A model generated the notes under the pieces. It made no database searches and had not been told where the DNA came from. It saw nothing but the letters and a program-made list of their open reading frames with translations. This document shows positions 40,056 to 50,555 of a stretch of 64,000 nucleotides of DNA, one piece after another. A program made the position numbers and the translations under genes. Source of the stretch: an uncultured candidate division Zixibacteria bacterium. Its GTDB lineage: Bacteria > Zixibacteria > MSB-5A5 > GN15 > PGXB01. Every line of letters starts with the position of its first letter. Positions within the stretch are counted from its first letter, which is position 1. Where the stretch lies: positions 1,216,001-1,280,000 of the forward strand of contig OY969724.1 of NCBI GenBank assembly GCA_963702205.1, in the 5' to 3' direction.

Positions 40056-42066
40056 AGAAATGAAGTTAACCCGGACGATATAAAATTCGCCGGGTTTCTA
40101 TACGAACCAGCTTATTACTCCTCCGAGCCGGGGCTTGTGCATACCGTTTTAAAGCGACAATCTCATCTTGTTTATTTCATCGAAAATGCTATATTTAAAG
40201 GAGTCCGATTGTGGATTCAATGTGGTATCGACTTAACCGATCGGGTGGAGGGCTAATGCGTATCCAATTAACAATCATTAGGATTTCACTTATCGCTTTT
40301 TTGCTGCTGCCCGGCATAAATCAGCTCGCGTTTTCTCAATCAAATGCCGTGGGCAATTTGCCCGACAAGAATGTTTCGGAGTTTATTACACCCGATGGCC
40401 GGTTTGATATTGAGGCGGCTCGCAGATCCGGTTTTCAGGGGGCACTTGATTTGGAAGGCTTTGCTGCATCTATCGACCCTTCCACCGGTCAACCGATATT
40501 TATGCCTTCATCATCCGCTGATAAATCCGACAATCCGGATGATATCTATTGGGACAACAGCATTTCGCCGTGCGTTCCCGGGGTCGGCAGTGGCGTTATT
40601 TATTCAGCTGTAATATATAATGACAATCTTGTGGTTGGCGGAAGGTTCTTCAACGCGGGTTGCCATGTAGCAGTATGCATTGCTTCATTTGATGGCAATA
40701 GTTGGTCGCCAATCGGATCAGGAATAAGCGGAGATGTTTTTGCCCTCGCCGTCTATGATGGCCAATTAATCGCTGGTGGGAATTTCCGATACGCTGGTGA
40801 CGCGGTGGTAAATTGCATCGCCGCCTGGAATGGGACTACTTGGTTATCGCTGGGATCGGGGACTAATGGTGAAAACCCTCATGTCTCGGCATTGACGACG
40901 TTTAACGGAACATTAATTGTGGGTGGATATTTCACTTCGGCTGGAAATGTCACGGCAAACGATATTGCTGCCTGGGATGGAAGTGATTGGTCATCACTTG
41001 GTTCAGGGGTAAGCTCTGAAAATAATAATATTGGAGTCATGTCCTTAATATTATTTGACGACGAATTGATCGCCGGGGGATCTTTTACCAGTGCCGGCGG
41101 TGTACCGGCAGGTGGGATAGCTGCATGGAATGGCCATTCTTGGTCTTCATTGGGAGCTGGTCCTGGCTTCGGTGTGAACTCAATGGTTATCTTCAATGGA
41201 AAATTAGTGGGCGCGGGCGGCAATTTAATCGCTTCCTGGGACGGGAGTTCGTGGGAACCTTTAGGATTCGGTATCGCGAATAGATACATAAGGGCTTTGG
41301 TCGTTTATGACAAAGAATTATTCATTGGAGGGGATTTTACCTGGGTGGACACCGTGCAATCAAGATATATTGCCAAATGGGATGGAACCTCATGGCTAAC
41401 AATAGATACAGAAATGGATGCCCCCGTTTTTGCTTTATTAACATACAGAGGGAAATTGGTGGCCGCAGGGAAGTTCATGACAGCAGGTGGAATTGGCACC
41501 GGGACTATTGCAGCATGGGAGAATAATTCCTGGTCGCGGTTGGGATTTGATTCTGGAATTAATTCGGAAGTTATGGCACTTGCTGTTTATAATGGGGATC
41601 TGATCGCCGCGGGATTGTTCACCTCGGCAGGAGACGCAACAGCCAATCGAATCGCCAAATGGGACGGATCGTCGTGGTCACAATTGGGTTTAGGAATGAA
41701 TGGCCCCGTATATGCACTAACAGAATATGCTGGAAAACTCATTGCAGGCGGAGAGTTTTTTCATGCCGGCGAGGTTGAGGCTCCCTATATAGCCGCTTGG
41801 GACGGTTATTCCTGGTCTGCTTTGGGGGCAGATGGGCAAGGTGTATATGAAAATGTGTATGTACTAACTGAGTATAACGGGCTTTTAATAGCTGGTGAGG
41901 CTTATGGCCAAATTGCGGCTTGGGATGGGTCGAACTGGACAAGTTTGGGCTTATCACCCTTATATAGCGATGTTGTTGCGATGGCTGTGTATAATGGTGT
42001 GACCTTCCCCCGGATTAGTGGACAGATCGAAAGGATAGGGTTATGTTACTATCCGGAGGTGTTCAG

Positions 42067-42370
42067 ATGTCATCAGGATCGAATCGACGGAAGTACGACC
42101 GGGAGTTCAAGTTGGAAGCAGTACCGGCTGAGCCGTGAGGCGGGCCGGACAGTGGCCGGGGTGGCCCGTGATCTGGGAATCAGCGAGAACATGCTGCATC
42201 GGTGGCGCAGCCAGTTTGCCCAGGAGGGCGAGGCGGCGTTTCCGGGTAAGGGTCACCTGAGTCCGGAGCAGGAAGAACTGCGTCGGTTGCAGCGGCAATT
42301 GGCCGATGTGACGGAGGAGCGGGACATTTTAAAAAAAGCGCTGGCCGTCTTCAGTCGCCGGTCGAAGTGA
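42067..42370 (+). CDS. IS3 transposase OrfA (HTH), with an apparent extra C at ~42125
   Basis: MSSGSNRRKYDREFKLEAV joins RLSREAG..VARDLGIS..ERDILKKA after removing one C; AAAAAAAG -1 frameshift site at 42331-42338. Confidence 0.85.
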
Positions 42371-43257
42371 GATATGCCTTTATGCGGGACCATGCGTCAC
42401 AGTTTCGACTTACGTTGATGAGCCGGGTGCTGAGTGTCTCACGGAGCGGCTACTATGCCTGGCTGGTCCGACCGGAGAGTGCGCGGTCGATGCAGAATCG
42501 GCAGTTGCTGCCGCTGATCCGGCAGGCGTACCTGAGGAGTCGTCGGACCTACGGTTCGCCTCGTGTGACCGATGAGTTGCACGATCAGGGACATGTCTGT
42601 AACGAGAAGCGAGTGGCCAGGCTCATGCGTCTGCATGGGATACGGCCAAAGGCGGTAAAAAAGTTCAAGGCAACGACGGATTCGAAGCACAAGTTGCCGG
42701 TGGCGCCGAATCTGTTGAGCCGCGACTTTACCGCTGCCAGTCCGAACCGGGTGTGGCTAGCTGATATCACGTATATCCCGACGACCGAGGGCTGGCTGTA
42801 TCTGGCCGGCGTGCTGGATCTGTACACCCGTCGGGTGGTCGGCTGTGCCATGAGTCCTCGGATCAACGCTGAGTTGACCTTGAGCGCGCTTGGGCAGGCC
42901 CTGGTGCGGTATCGCCCGGGTCCGGGGCTGATCCACCACAGCGACCAGGGCAAGCAGTATGCGGCCGGAGACTATCAAAAGCTCCTTCGTCAGCATCAGG
43001 CCATCACCAGCATGAGTCGGAGAGGTGATTGCTGGGACAACGCACCGATGGAGTCGTTCTGGGGCACGTTGAAGCAGGAGCTGGTGCATCACGAGAACTT
43101 CGTGACCAGAGATGAAGCGAAGGCGAAGATCTTTGAGTATATTGAGGTGTTTTACAACGGTCAGCGTCGGCATTCGTCGCTGGGTTCAGTGAGCCCGGCC
43201 GAGTACCGAATCCGCCGCCAGACCACAACCGACACGGAAGCAATCACCGTGTCTTAA
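42367..43257 (+). CDS. IS3 transposase OrfB (DDE/rve)
   Basis: VSRSGYY, YGSPR, WLADITY, HSDQG and DNAPMESF motifs. Confidence 0.95.
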   Translation: MRYAFMRDHASQFRLTLMSRVLSVSRSGYYAWLVRPESARSMQNRQLLPLIRQAYLRSRRTYGSPRVTDELHDQGHVCNEKRVARLMRLHGIRPKAVKKFKATTDSKHKLPVAPNLLSRDFTAASPNRVWLADITYIPTTEGWLYLAGVLDLYTRRVVGCAMSPRINAELTLSALGQALVRYRPGPGLIHHSDQGKQYAAGDYQKLLRQHQAITSMSRRGDCWDNAPMESFWGTLKQELVHHENFVTRDEAKAKIFEYIEVFYNGQRRHSSLGSVSPAEYRIRRQTTTDTEAITVS

Positions 43258-44047
43258 CTGAGTGTCCATCAAATGGGGGGAAGGTCAGTGAATTAATTGC
43301 AGCTAGCGGATCCGTTGACGTTAGCCAAAAATCGCCGTCGCTAAGAATTGCCTCTTGGAATGGATCAAATTGGTCGCCGTTGGGGACTGGCATGCATGGA
43401 GGATATATTGATATTTCAGGTTTGGCTATCTATGATGGCAAGCTAATCGTTGGCGGAAGCTTTGATTCTGCGGGGAACGTTCCTGCTAACGGGGTTGCCG
43501 CATGGGATGGCACTTCGTGGTCACCTCTCAGTTCGGGCCTCGGCCGAGGAGGTTACGCCGATGCATTGGGTCTTTATGATGGGAAACTGATTGTCGGTGG
43601 ATTAGTTATGCCAAGCAGCGGGATACCCGCGGCCAGCATAGCTTCTTGGAATGGAAGTTTTTGGTCGCCGTTGGGTTCGGGCACAGGTCAAATTAAGGCA
43701 ATGAATACATATAATGGAAAACTCAATGTAGGAGGATTTCTGATTATGGCAGGCGATAAACCGGCTCCATTCTTAGCTCAATGGAACAAAGCCACCTGTT
43801 GCCAGGATTGGGGTGTGCCCGGCGATGCCAACGCCGACGGTTTGGTTGATTTGCAGGATATATTATTCCAGATTGCGTATAGGTACGAAGAACCACAAAA
43901 TTTCCCTTCAAATTCGATAGATTGCGACCAGCTGATCGATGCAACCGGTGACGGCAAAATTAATCTTCTGGATATTCTTGTTTTGATTACTTATTTGTAC
44001 GATCCTGTACCCAGCCATACACCGGTTTGCCCTGATTAGAAATGTCA

Positions 44048-44074
44048 GCGTCAGGAAAGGGTTCCTGACGCCGC
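44048..44074. repeat. short palindromic repeat or bidirectional terminator between convergent genes
   Basis: GCGTCAGGAAAGGGTTCCTGACGC hairpin; similar sequence at 35370-35395. Confidence 0.55.
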
Positions 44075-44080
44075 GAACCT

Positions 44081-44791
44081 CTACCAGTCTTTTTTCATGG
44101 CTTGAGATTTGAGGTCTTTGGGCATTTTTTCGATAGCGTATCGCAGTGCTGTGCGGGGCATGCGGCGCTTGTTCTTCATGACATAATTGAAGACCTCTTT
44201 TTGGTATCTATCGCCCGCCACTTTTAACATCCAGGCGTAACCCTTTTGCACGAGGTCTTCTTCGTCTTCGAGCAATATGTCGGCGATCGCAAACGCATCT
44301 TTCAACCCCTGCTTGTGACGCACTGAATATATCATTGCCACCGCCGCCATTCGGCGCACCCATAGGTTATTCGATTTCGCCCATTTTTCAAGCCGTGCCA
44401 CCAGTTCCGGAGAGTTAAAAACCAGTTCCCCGATAGTCCCGGCGAAATGGTCCACCGCGCTCCATCCGCATACATATTCTTTAAGCCAGCGTTCAAACCG
44501 GTTGATGTCTTTGGCGGTATATAAATCCGGGCGGCGGCAGGTCCACTCGAAAACTATGGTGGAGAAATACTTCTCGTCGAGCGCCAGCATCTTTTCGCAC
44601 AGAACGAAGAAGTCGGTTTTGCCATAAGTTTTGACGGCTTTAAAATGGTTCAGCGCGATTTTGCGCAGGATCGGAGTCCTTAGTACAAAGCGATGTTTAA
44701 GCTTCTCTTTGAAAAACTGCTGAGCGTCGACCAGGTTGCCCAGCTTTTCGGCCGCTTTGAGATCGCCGCGTATGTCGTCGATTATTGACAT
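44081..44791 (-). CDS. DNA alkylation repair protein (AlkD-like)
   Basis: WSAVD, WAKSNNLWVRR, DLVQKGYAWMLK and RTALRYAIEK motifs. Confidence 0.88.
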   Translation of the reverse strand: MSIIDDIRGDLKAAEKLGNLVDAQQFFKEKLKHRFVLRTPILRKIALNHFKAVKTYGKTDFFVLCEKMLALDEKYFSTIVFEWTCRRPDLYTAKDINRFERWLKEYVCGWSAVDHFAGTIGELVFNSPELVARLEKWAKSNNLWVRRMAAVAMIYSVRHKQGLKDAFAIADILLEDEEDLVQKGYAWMLKVAGDRYQKEVFNYVMKNKRRMPRTALRYAIEKMPKDLKSQAMKKDW

Positions 44792-44831
44792 TATTGCCTT
44801 ACTTCACCTGCGTTTAAGAAACCACCCTAAA

Positions 44832-44983
44832 GGGCCTGTTGAAAAACCAGTAGGTCGGCTTCCGAATCCTGACGCAGTCAGGAGAGAAAGCCGACATCTT
44901 GTTGTCGGGTTTCTCGTTACGCTTCGCTCCACTCGGAACCCGACCTACTTCTTGCACCATCCGTGCACTTTTTCAATAGGCCC
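44832..44983. mobile_element. MITE-2 copy 2, 152 bp, 4-bp TSD TAAA
   Basis: Ends GGGCCTGTTGAAAAA and TTTTTCAATAGGCCC; TAAA at 44828-44831 and 44984-44987. Confidence 0.88.
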
Positions 44984-45004
44984 TAAAGGGCGGGGCACCC
45001 GGCC

Positions 45005-45114
45005 TGACGCCGCTGAAAATTAAGTGCGTTGTGATCGGCGGGTCCTCAGACCAGCCGCCAACCCGGTCGATCTGAGGATCGACCCTTCAAAGTTCAGGAC
45101 AGGCCGGGCACAAC
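45005..45114. repeat. dispersed palindromic intergenic repeat (copy B, uninterrupted)
   Basis: TGACGCCGCTGAA...GTGATCGGCGGGTCCTCAGACC...CAGGACAGGCCGGGCACAAC matches copy A. Confidence 0.85.
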
Positions 45115-45128
45115 ACAATCGCATCAAC

Positions 45129-45617
45129 CTATCCAAAAGTGCGTTCGTGGCCGAGGGTGCGTCTTAACGTCGCTATCTGCCCGGCGTGATAAAACTCGTG
45201 CATGCACAAAAACGAGGCGGCGTCTATGCTTTTCGACTTTCTGCCGGCTACCAGGGTCTCGATCTCTTTATCGAGGTCGTCGGCGCTGAGTGTTTCGAGA
45301 TACTTTAATGTCTTGTCGTGCACGTCGTCCAGTTCTTTGCGGAGGGCGTCCAACGACGGATATTCTGATGTGTTATCCGTAAGTTCTGAGCCGCGTCCGA
45401 ACAACTTCTCATAATTATCCGGGATGGTGACATCGTTCCGCAGGGCTCTTAATCTCTTGTACGCGTGCAGGACGACATGGCCGGTCAACCAGCGGATGTG
45501 ATTGACATTGTACTCACCTCGAAAAATGGATTCCTCTTCGGTAATGCCTTCGAGCAGCATCCCGGTCGCCCGGCGATTCATTTCAATCATGCCTTTCAGA
45601 TTGTCATTAATGCCCAT
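45129..45617 (-). CDS. DinB family protein
   Basis: NHIRWLTGH and HEFYHAGQI metal-binding His motifs. Confidence 0.85.
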   Translation of the reverse strand: MGINDNLKGMIEMNRRATGMLLEGITEEESIFRGEYNVNHIRWLTGHVVLHAYKRLRALRNDVTIPDNYEKLFGRGSELTDNTSEYPSLDALRKELDDVHDKTLKYLETLSADDLDKEIETLVAGRKSKSIDAASFLCMHEFYHAGQIATLRRTLGHERTFG

Positions 45618-45715
45618 GATTGTTCCTTGTATTATTAGTAAATGTTATTGTCGATCATAATAATCTATAATAACAATACGCAGAAGCAGCGGCGAAGTTG
45701 TCGCGAAGCGTAAGT

Positions 45716-47110
45716 TTAAAATTTGGCCCAGCGGGGGACGCGCGGAAACGGCGCAACGTCGCGGATGTTGGCCATGCCCGAGATATACATCAGGGTTCGG
45801 TCGAAACCGAGTCCGAATCCCGAGTGCGGCGCGGTGCCGTATTGACGCAGATCCAGATACCACGAGTATGTATCGAGGTCCATCTTTTTTTCCTGCATAT
45901 GCGCCTTGAGCACGTCAAAACGTTCCTCGCGCTGCGATCCGCCGATAATCTCGCCGATCTTGGGTACGAGCACGTCCATCGCGCCGACCGTTTTTTCATC
46001 GTCGTTGACCCGCATGTAAAAAGCCTTGATGCTTTTCGGGTAATCATACACGATGACCGGCTTTTTGAAAACCTGCTCAGTTATATATCTCTCGTGCTCG
46101 GTCTGCAGATCTATGCCCCATGAGACTGGGAATTCGAATTCAACTTTAGCCTTTTCGAGCTCTTTGATGGCGTCGGTGTACGGCAGCCGGATGAAATCCG
46201 ACTCGACCACGTGTGTCAGAGTCTCGATGACGGTTTTGTCGACCCAGCTGTTGAAGAAATTCATTTCATCGGCGCACTCTTCGAGCGCGTACTTGAACAG
46301 AAATTTCAGGAAATCGACAGAAACCTGCATGTTTTCCTCGAGGTTGCAGAAGGCCATCTCCGGTTCGATCATCCAGAATTCCGAGGCGTGACGCGAGGTG
46401 TTGGAATTCTCCGCGCGAAAGGTCGGTCCGAACGTGTAAACGTCGCCCAGCGCCAGCGCTGCCGTCTCGGCTTCGAGCTGTCCCGAAACTGTCAGGAAAG
46501 TCTCGGCGGCAAAAAAATCCTGGTTGAAATCTATATGACCATCCACAAGTGGTGCATCGTTGAGCGGAAGAGTCGTAACTCGGAACATGTCGCCCGCGCC
46601 TTCGGCGTCGGAGGCGGTGATGATCGGCGTGTGGATATAATAAAAGCCACGCTCCTGATAAAATTTATGAATGGCGTAAGCGATTTTCGAACGAAGCCGC
46701 CCGACTGCACCAAAGGTGTTGGTGCGGGGCCGCAGATGAGCGATCTCGCGCAAAAACTCGAACGAATGGCGTTTTTTCTGAAGCGGGTAGGTGTTATCGG
46801 CTTTGCCCAGAAGGTCCAGCTCTTTGACCGCCAGTTCAAACTTCTGTCCTTTGGCCGGAGATTCCACCAGCTTGCCCACGACGCGGACCGCTGCACCGGT
46901 AGCTATTTCTTTGAGTGACGGGAAGTTATTCGGACTATCCATAACCGCCTGAAGATTACCCATGCACGAGCCGTCATTGATGTCGATAAAAGCGACATTG
47001 CTGGATACGCGGGCGGTGCGGACCCACCCCATGACAGTGATTTCTTCACCGACCGACACTTTTTCCTTTAAAATGATGTCGGCCACGCGGGTTCTTTTGA
47101 AATAATCCAT
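45716..47110 (-). CDS. asnS: asparagine--tRNA ligase
   Basis: [35 protein letters not shown] and HSGFGLG motifs. Confidence 0.97.
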   Translation of the reverse strand: MDYFKRTRVADIILKEKVSVGEEITVMGWVRTARVSSNVAFIDINDGSCMGNLQAVMDSPNNFPSLKEIATGAAVRVVGKLVESPAKGQKFELAVKELDLLGKADNTYPLQKKRHSFEFLREIAHLRPRTNTFGAVGRLRSKIAYAIHKFYQERGFYYIHTPIITASDAEGAGDMFRVTTLPLNDAPLVDGHIDFNQDFFAAETFLTVSGQLEAETAALALGDVYTFGPTFRAENSNTSRHASEFWMIEPEMAFCNLEENMQVSVDFLKFLFKYALEECADEMNFFNSWVDKTVIETLTHVVESDFIRLPYTDAIKELEKAKVEFEFPVSWGIDLQTEHERYITEQVFKKPVIVYDYPKSIKAFYMRVNDDEKTVGAMDVLVPKIGEIIGGSQREERFDVLKAHMQEKKMDLDTYSWYLDLRQYGTAPHSGFGLGFDRTLMYISGMANIRDVAPFPRVPRWAKF

Positions 47111-47355
47111 TTCAGCCTCCGGTGGTCAATTATTCCGAATATATAAGCGCCAAATCAATCCCTGATATTATCTCATAATCGGCTGAATATCAAGCAAAAT
47201 CAGGAATTCGCGGATTTTTGAAACATAAATGCCGTCACAAAGTATAATATAATGAATGCCAAAAGCAGCCAGAAAGGCAGATAGATCTTCCCAACCTATT
47301 ACCTGCGAGGCCGCCGGTTACGCGATAAGTAACCGGCGCTTTGCATTTAGGGATA

Positions 47356-49855
47356 TCAGTCCTGAGACTGCTCGACCAGGTCCCGATATTTCCCGACCAT
47401 GCTTTCCAGCGATTCGGGAGAATTAGATTCACCCATAATGTTGAACGCCGCCGTCTGATTGTCCGGGGCGACCAGTACCCAGCCGGATTCCTCGAATACC
47501 CGAACACCATCGATCAGTTGCCGTTCTTTTTCGGTCGGTACTGGTGATCAGCTTGCGCATGACCTGGCCTTTTTTCGACCAGGGGCAGGGGACCGAAACC
47601 GTCTTGCGGATATAATGTTCGAATTTACCGCGAATCTCCCCCAGCCGGGCTTTTTCTTTGGCCATCATTTCGAGGATGTACACGGCCGCCATGATGGCAT
47701 CGGTGCCCATCTGGAAATCGGGGAAGATAAATCCACCCAGCGTCCCGCCGACGTAATCCACCCCGGCGTTCTGGTACGCTTCCATCATCGCCAAATGCGA
47801 GTTACGGACGCGGAGCACTTCGACGCCATAGGTCGACGCAATATCTTCGACACCCATCGACGCCGCCACCGGGACGGCGATTTTCGAGGTTTTGTGCGTC
47901 CGCAAGAATAAGTACGTAACAATCAGAAGCAATAACTGGCTGTCGATCAGGTTGCCGTTTTCATCGACAACCGTAAGTTTTTCCGCCGCCGGGTTGAGCA
48001 TAAATCCGATATCGGCTTTGAGCGACTTTACGATCGACGATAGCTGTACTATCGACTGCGCCTGCTCATCGGGATGCGGCGATAATTTGCGCGGGTCTAT
48101 ATATGCATTGAGAGCCACCAGATTAACACCCAACTGCGAAAACAGGGTGGGGTACACCTGCGAAGCGCCGCCATTGGCGTAATCTATCACGACTTTGAAT
48201 CCGGCTTTGCGGACGATTTCCGGGTGTATGGCGCCGAAGAAATCGGTGCGGTAATCTTCGAGGACGCCCGCGGGCATATCGAGATGGCCGATTTCATCGA
48301 GTTTGGCCCGATAGAAATCTTCACCGAAATACATGCGCTCGACTTTCTTGAGTTTGGCCGTCGGCATATCCAGCCCGTCGCCGTTGAACAGGATCAAGTC
48401 GATCAGGTTGGCATCGGACGGATTGTGGCGAATATACACGCCGGCCCCGTAGGTTCCGTGGCGCAAAGCATAGCGCACAACCGGAATCGGCATGGCTTCG
48501 AGATCGTCGACATTGGTCCCGGCCGCCAGCAGCCCCGCGATCAGAGCGCGTTTGATCAGACGCGAGATATCCGAGGCATCGCGGCTGGTGACAACTCGTT
48601 TGCCCGGTCCCAAAAACGCGCCGAAAGCACCGCCGAGCTTGACGCACATCTCGGGCGTAATTTCGGTCAGAGCCAGGCCGGTTACTTTGGAGGCGGTGAA
48701 AAGTTCGCGGTTCCATTTTTCGCCCCAGACCAGCGACGAGGATACTATGGCACCGTCGTCGACCGTCTTGCCCGGCCATATTTTGCAGTTGGCTTTAACC
48801 GTCGCCCCGCTGCCGATTTTGCAGTCATCGGAGACGATGACATTATCCATTAAAGCCACGTTCTCGCCGACTATGGTGCGGCTGCAAACTATTGATTGGT
48901 CGATTTTCGATTCGGCCCCGATGCGGGTATCGGCCCAGACGACCGATGCGGTCAGAATGGATTGTTCGCCGACACGGACGTTGTCGCCGATGGCGCTGCT
49001 GCTGATCGTGGCGCCGTCGGATATGACGGCGTTGTTGCCGATAATGACAGAACCTTCAAACGTGACATCTTCGCCGATATGAACGCCCTGGCCGAGATAA
49101 ACGTCGGCTTCGCCAATTTTGCTGTGGTTCAGGTTGAATTCGAGATTTATGCTGCCGGTCAACAGGTCGCGGTGGACGAGCGTGTATTCGTTGACGTTGC
49201 CGACGTCCTTCCAGTAACCCTCGGCCGTGTGGCCGTACAATCCCATTTTCTTCGATAGCATCAGGGGGTACAAGTTTTGCGAGAAGTCGAAATTGGTCGC
49301 CGGTGGAATAAGCCGCACGACGTGCGGTTCCAGAATATATATACCGGTGTTGATCGTATCGGAAAACATTTCGCCCCAGGACGGTTTTTCCAGAAAGCGT
49401 ACGATATGGTCGTCTTCGTCGGTGATGACGATGCCGTAGGCCAGCGGGTTCTCGGCGCGGGTCAGCATGATGGTGGCGTCGGCGTGTTTGCTCTTGTGCC
49501 ATTCCAGCGCACCGGCCAGATTGAAATCGGTGATGACGTCGCCCGAGATAACCATGATGGTTTCATCGATGAAATCTTCGGCGTAACGCACTGCTCCGGC
49601 CGTGCCGAAATCCTCGGTTGGTTGAAGATAATCCATGCGGACGCCGAACTTGTGGCCGTCACCGAAATGGTTTTTTATTTCTTCGGCCTGGAAGAACAGA
49701 AGCGACACAAGTTCATCGAAACCGTTTCTTTTTAGGAGATGAACGACGTGCTCCATCATGGGAATATTGCCGATCGGGACCATCGGTTTGGGAAGATTTA
49801 TCGTCAGAGGTCGCAACCTCGTCCCGAAGCCTCCGGCCATTATGACTGCTTTCAT
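47356..49855 (-). CDS. mannose-1-phosphate guanylyltransferase / phosphomannomutase-like fusion, with a +1 frameshift at ~47537
   Basis: MAGGFGTRLRPLT, hexapeptide repeats and a PGM/PMM-like domain; C-terminus ERQLIDGVRV..GWVLVAPD recovered by removing one C at AGTACC. Confidence 0.88.
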
Positions 49856-49889
49856 ATTCTATGCTCCAGCGATATTCGACTTTATGGTA

Positions 49890-50555
49890 TCAGGATATTA
49901 CACCCGTTTTCTGCAAGTAATTAAATATATCAAAAAAACTTTCATATTCAATAGCTTCAAAATCGTTTTCACGGCAATATCGCAGCAGGTCGCTTCGGGC
50001 GAAAACGATATCAGCTTCCGGCAGGGCGCAGATGTCGGACAGGCCGTCGCCGATGTAGACGATCCTGAACTTGTTCCGTTCCTGGTCCACGGTTTCCCTG
50101 ATCCGCGTTCCTTTGCAGGAGCCGCAGCGCGGACAGCCGTCGTTGTCGTACGGAAATTCCATGACAAACCGATCGCCGTCTATATAAGCGTGGTTGGCAA
50201 ATACTATTATCTCGGACAGTCCGAATTTGTTCAGGATAAAATCGATATATAAATCCGCCCCGTCGGAGGTGATATAAAACGGAATTCCACGCCTTTTCAT
50301 GTCGGCATAAAATTCTATTGCGCCGTCGCGCAGAGGGAAATCATCGAGAAATCGGTGCAGTTCCGGCTCTGTAACCCGGACAAGATTGGCTTCTTCGAGC
50401 AGGCACTGCCGCGACGAAAGCAAGCCTTGTTTCCATTTGGTCACAGAATCGAGAATGACGTCCCCGGCAAACGTCCGGTACAGCCGGTGGCCAATGTCTT
50501 TATCGGTGAAAGAACCGTCAAAGTCGCAAAATATTATTGTTTGTTTATCGGTCAT
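49890..50555 (-). CDS. MtnX-like HAD-IB phosphatase
   Basis: CDFDGSFT, ITSDG, CGSCKG and YIGDGLSD motifs. Confidence 0.85.
   Translation of the reverse strand: MTDKQTIIFCDFDGSFTDKDIGHRLYRTFAGDVILDSVTKWKQGLLSSRQCLLEEANLVRVTEPELHRFLDDFPLRDGAIEFYADMKRRGIPFYITSDGADLYIDFILNKFGLSEIIVFANHAYIDGDRFVMEFPYDNDGCPRCGSCKGTRIRETVDQERNKFRIVYIGDGLSDICALPEADIVFARSDLLRYCRENDFEAIEYESFFDIFNYLQKTGVIS

Larger units (their letters stand above)
42000..43287 (+). mobile_element. IS3-family insertion sequence, 1288 bp
   Basis: Imperfect TIRs TGACCTTCCCCC...GGACA / TGTCC...GGGGGAAGGTCA; 3-bp TSD GTG; orfA/orfB with A7G slippery site. Confidence 0.95.
40256..44039 (+). pseudogene. secreted beta-propeller (AAWDGxxW repeat) protein with dockerin-like C-terminus, interrupted by IS3
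   Basis: Removing 42000-43290 restores one frame (...VYNG|ELIAASG...) of ~830 aa. Confidence 0.88.

Noticed and set aside
40211..42370. Apparent 719-aa propeller-transposase fusion ORF
   Set aside because: It results from the IS3 insertion plus the extra C in orfA; the TIRs and TSD define the true boundary
47311..47340. Hairpin GCCGGTTAC-N7-GTAACCGGC as a riboswitch or T-box upstream of asnS
   Set aside because: No recognisable T-box or riboswitch consensus; it is more simply a 3' stem after the upstream gene
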